In this document: positions 57,426 to 64,000 of the stretch, piece after piece
How positions within the stretch are numbered: position 1 is the first letter of the stretch
Layout: every line of letters begins with the position of its first letter
Source of the DNA: Poseidonia sp.
GTDB taxonomy: Archaea > Thermoplasmatota > Poseidoniia > Poseidoniales > Poseidoniaceae
Reading direction: 5' to 3'
DNA: 64,000 nucleotides
NCBI GenBank assembly: GCA_030829545.1
Contig: JAURAI010000002.1
Span: 128,260 to 192,259 of the forward strand
Notes under the pieces: generated by a model
The model's input: only the letters and a program-made list of their open reading frames with translations
The model's database searches: none
What the model was told of the DNA's origin: nothing
Program-made: the position numbers and the translations under genes

Positions 57426-59216
57426 ATGGTTGAACCCTCCGAGCCGACGTGGTTGGTATTGGACGGGTATGAAGATGAACCTGCAGCCTTCGGCGTACCG
57501 CCTTATGTTGGCTTTCACATCCGCTATGTCTGCGGCGTATTGGAGCAACACAAGGTCCCGTACACCTACATGACCATCGATCAGTTCAGGCAACAGAAAA
57601 AGCAAGACCCTGAGGGTATGAAGCGATGGATTGGTGCTCAACTCGGTTGCATTTGCATTGCGGGTGCCGTGGTGCCAGGGAAATATTTGCGAGGCGCTCC
57701 GATTTCGCTGCGAGAAACTCAGGATTTGATTCGAAGCCTTCCCGCTGGAATGCCAGCCCTGTTTGGAGGTTGGGCCATTCGAGGGTGGAAGCAACAAGGA
57801 TGGACGCCTCTTCGAGCCAATCTCTTTCTCGCCGTTCAAGATACGGATGCAACCTTGAATCACTATCTCACCAAACAAGAATGGAAACATCAACGACGTA
57901 CTGCGGAACAGTGGACTGCATGGGCTCACGCCGGTGCTAGCAGTCAAGCGGTGACCCTGCATCCCGATCGAGCAACATCCGAACGCCCTGGGCCACTCAC
58001 CTACGAGGTTGAAGTCTACCAGGGTTGTGTGCGCTACAGACGCGGTTGTAAGTTCTGCATCGAACCCAAAAAGGGCGTTCCGATTTGGCGTACGCCTGAA
58101 GACATCATCCAAGAAGTCAAACTTGCTCATGATTCTGGAGTTGAGCACGTACGTTTGGGGGGCATGACCGATACCTACACCTACATGGCGGAGGGTGTGA
58201 AAGAATTGGAATACCCGATTCCGAACCCAGAGCCAATCGCCAAACTCCTTCACGGTTTACGGGATGATGAACGGCTTGGAATTCTTCACACCGACAACGG
58301 CAACCCCTCAATCATCGCCGAGAATCTGGAACCCTCCGAGGAGATTACCAAAACGCTCGTTGAGACTCTTTCCGACGGCGCCGTCCTGTCCTTTGGTTTG
58401 GAATCGGCCGACCCTAGCGTTCACGAAGCGAACTGGCTCAACTGTGACCCTGCCCAACTCAAGACGGCGATTCGCCTCATCAACAAATACGGGAGCGTGA
58501 GGGGTGAGCGAGGCTTACCCAAACTGCTTCCAGGGCTCAATTTCATCGCAGGGCTCAACGGAGAGACCGAAGCAACCTATGGAATGAACATGGCGTTATT
58601 GCGAGACATTCGCAGTGAGGGGTTACTGCTGCGCCGCATCAACATTCGTCAGGTGGAAGGTGAAGGATTCCAGGAGATCCCATCAGAAGCATTCACGACC
58701 TTCAAAACCGAATGTCGGGAAGAAATTGACCGTCCCTTGCTCGAAGAATTATTTCCCCTCGGCGGAACCCTACGGGACATTCATTGGGAAGCACACGACG
58801 GACGAACTCGCCTCCCAGCACACAGCGAAAAACAGCATACAGAACAGGCAGTCCACGGGAAAGCAGGGATTACGTTTGGTCGCCAAATTGGCGCTTATCC
58901 AATCCTCGTTGGTGTGAAATATAAAATTCCACTCGAAACTCAATCGGACATTATCGTCACCGGACATGGTGCACGCTCTATTACTGGGGTTGAACTTGGC
59001 ATCAGCCCAACAAGCATCACGGAAAAACAGCTCGCAGCAATTCCCGGTATCGGAGATAAAACAGCATGGGCCCTCATCAGTGCTCGTGTACGTGCGCAAC
59101 GAAAGAAGGGCGACCCCTTCCCCTATGAGGGAGTCCAAGACTGGTTTAAAGCTGCAAAAACACCCTACTTAGAATCCTTTGAACCGTTCTTTTCGCCATC
59201 TATTCACTTTGAATAG
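57426..59216 (+). CDS. Radical SAM-superfamily Fe-S enzyme (COG1031-like) with a C-terminal helix-hairpin-helix.
   Basis: Cys cluster GCVRYRRGCKFC, and an HhH LAAIPGIGDKTAWALISA near the C-terminus. The start at MVEPSEP (57426) is 26 nt after the csl4-RRM stop. The ORF-track 5' extension from 57144 overlaps csl4 and is rejected. Confidence 0.7.
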   Translation: MVEPSEPTWLVLDGYEDEPAAFGVPPYVGFHIRYVCGVLEQHKVPYTYMTIDQFRQQKKQDPEGMKRWIGAQLGCICIAGAVVPGKYLRGAPISLRETQDLIRSLPAGMPALFGGWAIRGWKQQGWTPLRANLFLAVQDTDATLNHYLTKQEWKHQRRTAEQWTAWAHAGASSQAVTLHPDRATSERPGPLTYEVEVYQGCVRYRRGCKFCIEPKKGVPIWRTPEDIIQEVKLAHDSGVEHVRLGGMTDTYTYMAEGVKELEYPIPNPEPIAKLLHGLRDDERLGILHTDNGNPSIIAENLEPSEEITKTLVETLSDGAVLSFGLESADPSVHEANWLNCDPAQLKTAIRLINKYGSVRGERGLPKLLPGLNFIAGLNGETEATYGMNMALLRDIRSEGLLLRRINIRQVEGEGFQEIPSEAFTTFKTECREEIDRPLLEELFPLGGTLRDIHWEAHDGRTRLPAHSEKQHTEQAVHGKAGITFGRQIGAYPILVGVKYKIPLETQSDIIVTGHGARSITGVELGISPTSITEKQLAAIPGIGDKTAWALISARVRAQRKKGDPFPYEGVQDWFKAAKTPYLESFEPFFSPSIHFE

Positions 59217-59281
59217 TACTTTATTCATTCCGAATTAATGTTATTTTTGACCATTACGATAGAACCAAAAGCCATCAACAA

Positions 59282-61945
59282 ATGCGGAGAGGCATGACCA
59301 ACCGTACCGCCTATGGATTCGCCCTTCTCCTCCTCGTGCAAGCGATGTCTGCTGCTCTTTACGTCCTGCCAACAGAATACGAACAGAATGACTGGCAGGG
59401 ACCCGTTTTTGAAAGTGGAGCACGTTCAAATAATTCGAGTTCAGGTTGCGGTTACGACGTTAATTATACCTCGCTGTATACCAATGCACCGGCCTACGTC
59501 CTCTCAACGAGTACGGTCAGCGTTTGGATCAATACATATTGTGACCTCTTGAACACCCCGATGTACCTTACTGCCTCTCTGGCAAATCAAAACAACGGAT
59601 CTACGTATGGCGTTGCAAACGCATCATACAACGGCAGCAACGTATCTTTCAGCAGCAATTGGAGTATCCCCGCCTCCACATTAGGGGTCGGCAATTATAC
59701 GCTAACGGCCACATTGCAGTATTATGATGGTTCAACTTGGACAACGATTGAAACGGACACACACAATTTCTCAATCATCGCCCCAGTCACAAATCCGTGT
59801 GGAGTTGACCAAAACTCTGCCTCCATCTATGCCTACTCACACTCAACAGGCTACCAACTCGGTTCTAATTTCACAGGAGCCATCTCAACATATTGTTCCA
59901 TCACCAACGCTACCATGGTGCTTGATTGGACCATTCGTTCCCTGACGACCAACGCATCCATCGATAGTGGTTCCTTCAACTGGACCGGGGTCAATACGTC
60001 CGTTGGGCACAATGTTACGTCGACTGCACTCGCATCCATGGGAGTGGGCAACTACAGCTTTGAGGCCACGTTGAGTTGGTACAACAACTCTTCAATGGCG
60101 TGGGAAGTACTTGATATCGATTCGTATGCCTTCTTCGTTTACAACAATACGAACAGCGGGCCCGGTAGCCTTGGTTGCGGTTATGACCTCAACTATACCG
60201 ACCTGTATGCATATGCGCCCTACTACGGAGTAGTGAACCAATCCATTGACACCACGATGTACGTACAGTGTCCTGTTTACAACGCATCAATGTTCCTCAA
60301 CTACTGGATTTACGATGCGAGTAACACCACCTTGGATTCAGGAAATTATTCGTGGACGGCTTCGACCAATCAGACCTGGCATTATTGGAATGCTACGTCA
60401 TTAGCAGCGGGGAATTATATCTTCCATGTTGAACTCTATTCAAACGGCAGTTATGTTACCAGCGACAGCGATGGATTCACCGTCATGAATAACAGCACCG
60501 GGAACAATACTGGAGGAAACGGTCAGGTGTACGTTGACATCGATCATTCCGGCTACGTGTACGAGCATCCGAACGGAACTGAGGTGTGGGCTTCCGGTTC
60601 CGATGTGTACGTTGAGTTCACCAGCGGAAACCTGACGGTTGGCGAGAACTACCAACTCATTTGGAACCTTTCGGATTCAACATGGAATGCCGGTGTCTAT
60701 GCGTATGACTGGAACATTAACTGGAATGCAACCTCAACCACCAGCATCGAAAACAGCACCATCAGCGGATTGCCCGATGGCGTGTATTACTTCCATGCCA
60801 CCCTGGTGAACCAAGGTTCGCATGTGGCCACTGACATGACCATGATTCAGGTCGGGAACAATACTGGTGGTAACAACACTGGTGGTAACAACACTGGCGG
60901 AAACAACACTGGCGGAAACAACACTGGAAACAACAGCGTGCACAACGTTGCACATTGCTTGCACCTCAGGAACATCAGCGTTGATTCTTCGTACTATGTC
61001 TCTGTGGACCTCGAGAACACTTGCAGCACAGACATCAATTATCCTGGCATCAATGCCTCAACCAATGATCCGGGCGTATCAGGCCTCTCTGATACTTGGT
61101 GGTATCTTCTTTGGGCTAACGGCACGTACAACTCAGGTTGGCAATTATCATTCAATCAATCGGTTCAGAATAATACGTTGATTACGTTGAATTTCAATGC
61201 CACGATTCTCAATTGTGGACCGAATGGTTACCATGCTTGCCCGAATTCAATGAATTCAAGTTCATCATACCAGTTCACTTACATCACTGCAAGCGGAAAC
61301 AGCACCGGTGGCAACAACACCGGCGGCAACAACACCGGCGGCAACAACACTGGTAACAATACCGGCGGTAACAACACTGGCGGCAACAACACTGGCGGTA
61401 ACAATACCGGCAACAACACTGGTAACAATACCGGTGGCAACAATACAATCCTCGATGCAGACGGTGATGGAGTGCTCGATGCAGATGACCTCTGCCCGAA
61501 CTCAACCCCCGGCGTGAGTGTTGATTCAACCGGTTGCGAGGCAAGTGTTCAACCCGTGAACAATGCTCCTGAAGTGACCAACGTCATCATTACACCTCTG
61601 ATCGCTACCGTGGACGATACGCTCAGTTGTGGTTATTCAACCACCGACTCAGACGGTGATGCAGTGACCACAATCGTCACATGGGCCGTCAATGGTAGCA
61701 TAATCTCCACCGGTTCGGACACCCTCACTGGTGGTTTCGGAGTCGGCCAAACCGTCACCTGCACGGTGATTGCAAGCGATGGTGCAGCCTCAAGTTCACC
61801 ATTTGTCTCATCGACCATCATTCTCCCATCAGGTTCTGATGAAGTCGTTGAGGACGCGAGTGGCCTTTTGCCATCACTGAGCATGATGGGGACATTGGTC
61901 GCCATCGCCTTCGGCGTAGGCCTCAGCCGTCGCCAAGATGATTGA
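59282..61945 (+). CDS. Heavily N-glycosylation-sequon-rich surface protein (possible S-layer or cell-surface glycoprotein) with a C-terminal anchor.
   Basis: Signal MTNRTAYGFALLLLVQAMSA. Repeated ~100-aa modules begin GCGYD(V/L)NYT. By eye there are well over 50 N-x-S/T sequons. Two (G)GNNT arrays. A Ca-binding-type DADGDGVLDADDLCPNS. The terminal TM helix GTLVAIAFGVGL is followed by SRRQDD. Confidence 0.8.
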   Translation: MRRGMTNRTAYGFALLLLVQAMSAALYVLPTEYEQNDWQGPVFESGARSNNSSSGCGYDVNYTSLYTNAPAYVLSTSTVSVWINTYCDLLNTPMYLTASLANQNNGSTYGVANASYNGSNVSFSSNWSIPASTLGVGNYTLTATLQYYDGSTWTTIETDTHNFSIIAPVTNPCGVDQNSASIYAYSHSTGYQLGSNFTGAISTYCSITNATMVLDWTIRSLTTNASIDSGSFNWTGVNTSVGHNVTSTALASMGVGNYSFEATLSWYNNSSMAWEVLDIDSYAFFVYNNTNSGPGSLGCGYDLNYTDLYAYAPYYGVVNQSIDTTMYVQCPVYNASMFLNYWIYDASNTTLDSGNYSWTASTNQTWHYWNATSLAAGNYIFHVELYSNGSYVTSDSDGFTVMNNSTGNNTGGNGQVYVDIDHSGYVYEHPNGTEVWASGSDVYVEFTSGNLTVGENYQLIWNLSDSTWNAGVYAYDWNINWNATSTTSIENSTISGLPDGVYYFHATLVNQGSHVATDMTMIQVGNNTGGNNTGGNNTGGNNTGGNNTGNNSVHNVAHCLHLRNISVDSSYYVSVDLENTCSTDINYPGINASTNDPGVSGLSDTWWYLLWANGTYNSGWQLSFNQSVQNNTLITLNFNATILNCGPNGYHACPNSMNSSSSYQFTYITASGNSTGGNNTGGNNTGGNNTGNNTGGNNTGGNNTGGNNTGNNTGNNTGGNNTILDADGDGVLDADDLCPNSTPGVSVDSTGCEASVQPVNNAPEVTNVIITPLIATVDDTLSCGYSTTDSDGDAVTTIVTWAVNGSIISTGSDTLTGGFGVGQTVTCTVIASDGAASSSPFVSSTIILPSGSDEVVEDASGLLPSLSMMGTLVAIAFGVGLSRRQDD
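60854..60938 (+). repeat. In-frame 15-nt tandem repeat (~5.5 units) encoding GGNNT sequon units.
   Basis: gggaacaatactggt / ggtaacaacactggt / ggtaacaacactggc / ggaaacaacactggc / ggaaacaacactgga ... read directly from the sequence. Confidence 0.9.
61294..61446 (+). repeat. In-frame 15/12-nt tandem repeat (~11 units) encoding (G)GNNT sequon units.
   Basis: ggcaacaacaccggc repeated with synonymous variation, interspersed with 12-nt aacaataccggc-type units. Encodes GNSTGGNNTGGNNTGGNNTGNNTGGNNTGGNNTGGNNTGNNTGNNTGGNNT. Confidence 0.9.
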
Positions 61946-61968
61946 GCACGAAGCACTATCAAACCCCA

Positions 61969-62760
61969 ATGGGTCGCCTTAGTGTGAGCGTCATTGAGCA
62001 ATTGAAGGATGCCGCACGACGATTGTCAGTCGTCTGTGATGAAGCCATTCCTAGCCTTGAGGGCGGCGGCCACGTTGCTCATGCGACCAACCCCTTGAAT
62101 TATGCATGGCCACATCATGAGCAATACCTCGAACAATGGGGGGGCTTGGGGGCGAAGACCTTGCTGTTGGGGATGAATCCAGGACCATGGGGCATGGCAC
62201 AAAGCGGTGTGCCTTTTGGGTCAACCGAGATGGCGAAGACCTTTCTCAACATTGAGCCGCGTTCCCTGGTCACACCTTCGAACGCTCATCCCAAGCGACC
62301 AATAGTTGGATTGAGTCTTGAGCGACAGGAGGTTTCGGGCCGCCGTCTTTGGGAACTCATGAAAACCTTGTACGGCACACCCGAGATTACCTTTTCCAAT
62401 CTTTTTGTGGTCAATCACTGCCCGCTTCTCCTGCTTGGCGAGCGTGGTCAAAACATTACACCCGACAAATTACCCAAGTCCCTCATTGAACCCGTATTGG
62501 AAGCCTGTGACGAACACCTCCGTGAGGTCGTGGACATCATGGGCATCGAACGAATTGTCGGCGTGGGGGCCTATGCTGAAAAACGGGCACGACGCGCCTT
62601 TGGAGCTGGAAAAAAGGGGCCCGGAAAAACTGCCGATCAGCGTCAAATTGAGATTACTACATGCTGGCATCCAAGCCCGGCAAGCCCGCTTGCGAACCGA
62701 AACGAAGGGGCCGATTGGCGAGAAAATGTCACAAATGTTCTCAAGCAAATGACGGGGTGA
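61969..62760 (+). CDS. SMUG1-type (family 3) uracil-DNA glycosylase.
   Basis: LLLGMNPGPWGMAQSGVPFG and CWHPSPASPLANR closely match the two SMUG1 catalytic motifs (GMNPGPFGMAQTGVPFG and HPSPRNPQANK in the human enzyme, from memory). Start at the ATG at 61969, or a TTG at 61942 overlapping the upstream stop. Confidence 0.8.
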   Translation: MGRLSVSVIEQLKDAARRLSVVCDEAIPSLEGGGHVAHATNPLNYAWPHHEQYLEQWGGLGAKTLLLGMNPGPWGMAQSGVPFGSTEMAKTFLNIEPRSLVTPSNAHPKRPIVGLSLERQEVSGRRLWELMKTLYGTPEITFSNLFVVNHCPLLLLGERGQNITPDKLPKSLIEPVLEACDEHLREVVDIMGIERIVGVGAYAEKRARRAFGAGKKGPGKTADQRQIEITTCWHPSPASPLANRNEGADWRENVTNVLKQMTG

Positions 62761-62792
62761 TGTTCAAATGCTCCTTGGTGCACAGGAGTCGC

Positions 62793-64000
62793 ATGGAACC
62801 TTTTGAACTCGCATGGGACCGCCAGCCGAATGACCGACAATGGAAGAAGCCTGAGGGCGATGACCCTCGTACGCTGTACCAAATGCTCATGACGAGCGTT
62901 GACCGATTTGGTGATTTGCCGTGTTTCGGTTATATCCCTAAAAAGGACATGCCACGTACCCATATCGATTACAATCAATTTGGAGAACTTGCTACCTCGA
63001 TTGGCAAGCAACTCAATGCTGTGGGCGTCAAGGGTGGCGACCGTGTTGCGTTGATTCTCAACAATTCTGTTGAATGGGCCGCCATCGCTTACGGAGCAAA
63101 CGGCATCGGTGCAGCCTACACCGCCATGTACACCCATCAACACGGACAAGAATGGGCCTACATTCTCAACGATTCAACGCCCTCTCTTCTCGCCGTTGCA
63201 GATACAACAGTGCTCGACAAACTCGTTGAAAACCTGCCAGCAGAAGCCAGCGGATGGCCCGCTTGTGGAGTTTTGTTGCTCGGAGAGGATGCACCCAATG
63301 AAATCCCTCCCGAGGGAGTAACCGTGCACATGTGGTCTGAATTCGTAGCCGCAGGTCGCAAGGCAGATGATTTCGAAATCGCAGACGATCCCTTCGCCCT
63401 CAACACTCTCATCTACACCTCAGGTACAACGGGCAACCCAAAGGGTGTCATGTTGTCCAACTGGAATACGCTGTCAAACATTCTTTGCGTTCAGTCAGCC
63501 TTTACAATCTATGTTGGTGACAAGAATGCTGCCTTCCTTCCGTGGGCGCATTCCTTTGGTTCAACCTTTGACCTGCATTGGATGATTCGATGCGGTGTTC
63601 ACATCAATTTGATTTCCGACCTGACCCGTATTGCCGATGAATGTATTGAGATCAAACCCGCAGTCCTTCTTGCAGTGCCTCGTGTCTGGAATAAGTTCTA
63701 CGACCGAGTCAACGCTCAATTCGAAAGTGCAACTGGCTTGAAGAAAGTCTTCGTCAACAAGGCCCAAAAGTCAGCCGCCAAGCGTATCGCCAAGGCTGGG
63801 GTCGAATGTGATGCTGTTCCACCCAGTGGATTCTTTGACAAACTTTGGGACAAACTCGTTTGGGCCAAGGTACGTGCCCGATTCGGTGGGAACATTCGCT
63901 TCTGTATGTCTGGTGCTGCCGCACTCTCCCCGGATGTCGCCGCCTTCATCCAGATGGTCGGCTTCAACTGCTACGAAGGATACGGTTTGACAGAAACTTC
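62793..64000 (+). CDS. Long-chain acyl-CoA synthetase (AMP-forming). The 3' end runs off the right edge of the window.
   Basis: My own translation gives MEPFELAWDRQ...LIYTSGTTGNPKGVMLSNWN (AMP-binding motif I)...YEGYGLTET (motif II), with the frame open to position 64000. An alternative ATG at 62760 overlaps the upstream stop. Not in the ORF track because it is open-ended. Confidence 0.85.
   Translation, partial: MEPFELAWDRQPNDRQWKKPEGDDPRTLYQMLMTSVDRFGDLPCFGYIPKKDMPRTHIDYNQFGELATSIGKQLNAVGVKGGDRVALILNNSVEWAAIAYGANGIGAAYTAMYTHQHGQEWAYILNDSTPSLLAVADTTVLDKLVENLPAEASGWPACGVLLLGEDAPNEIPPEGVTVHMWSEFVAAGRKADDFEIADDPFALNTLIYTSGTTGNPKGVMLSNWNTLSNILCVQSAFTIYVGDKNAAFLPWAHSFGSTFDLHWMIRCGVHINLISDLTRIADECIEIKPAVLLAVPRVWNKFYDRVNAQFESATGLKKVFVNKAQKSAAKRIAKAGVECDAVPPSGFFDKLWDKLVWAKVRARFGGNIRFCMSGAAALSPDVAAFIQMVGFNCYEGYGLTET

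Noticed and set aside
56567-58253. Two long minus-strand ORFs (56567-57427, 286 aa; 57246-58253, 335 aa) antisense to csl4-RRM and the radical SAM gene.
   Set aside because: The plus-strand frames contain unmistakable RRM RNP motifs and a Cys-cluster/HhH enzyme. The antisense translations are Ser/Arg/Leu-rich with no recognisable features.
60854-61446. Regularly spaced short repeats that could be mistaken for a CRISPR-like or satellite array.
   Set aside because: The period is only 12-15 nt with no unique spacers. The repeats are in frame inside a long ORF, and each encodes GGNNT. This is a coding tandem repeat, not a CRISPR array.
1-64000. Possibility of a defence island or mobile element (integrase, transposase, toxin-antitoxin, restriction-modification, CRISPR-Cas).
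   Set aside because: No integrase or transposase motifs, no terminal repeats, no cas-like genes and no tRNA target sites were seen. The NPPW methyltransferase sits next to csl4, in the neighbourhood I recall being described as conserved, and has no restriction partner. The MutS-like and KaiC-like ATPases lack adjacent nuclease or effector genes.

Overview
The window is gene-dense, with about 45 protein-coding genes on both strands and short intergenic gaps. I found no rRNA, tRNA, CRISPR array, transposase or integrase.

The gene content looks archaeal. It includes a TATA-box binding protein behind a clear TATA box, an exosome cap protein Csl4, NMD3, mevalonate kinase, an archaeal-type SepF and a KaiC/RadA-like ATPase. 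Many bacterial-like accessory genes sit alongside them: Ccm cytochrome c maturation, MutY, a SMUG1-type UDG, rhomboid, Maf and an M23 peptidase. My inference, not a measurement, is a planktonic euryarchaeote of the Marine Group II / Poseidoniales kind.

Housekeeping genes present are nadE (partial), ileS, cysS, glmS, asd, mvk, trxA, tbp and PGI/PMI. They are interleaved with a large surface proteome:
- three giant (1100-1700 aa) C-terminally membrane-anchored adhesin-like proteins, two of them tandem paralogs
- a 1627-aa membrane-anchored subtilase next to a rhomboid protease
- an anchored lamin-tail-domain (LTD)-amidohydrolase
- an S15 peptidase lipoprotein and a BNR-repeat lipoprotein
- an 887-aa protein saturated with N-glycosylation sequons

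The observations most worth follow-up are:
1. Csl4 is fused in frame to two RRM domains and an R/G/K-rich tail. It sits in an operon-like string with a COG2263-type methylase and a helix-hairpin-helix (HhH)-bearing radical SAM enzyme.
2. The giant surface proteins share a Trp/Tyr-rich cytoplasmic C-terminal module. PPLP-type proline motifs recur in the cytoplasmic tails of the anchored ectoenzymes and in a SepF-like protein encoded 9 nt downstream of one giant gene.
3. A rhomboid gene lies next to the giant subtilase gene, and both proteins end in Cys-rich, zinc-ribbon-like motifs (the rhomboid one less canonical).
4. A compact ccmA(B-fusion)-ccmC-ccmD set includes a 50-codon ORF that is missing from the ORF track.

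All functional calls come from reading motifs by eye. No database search was run.
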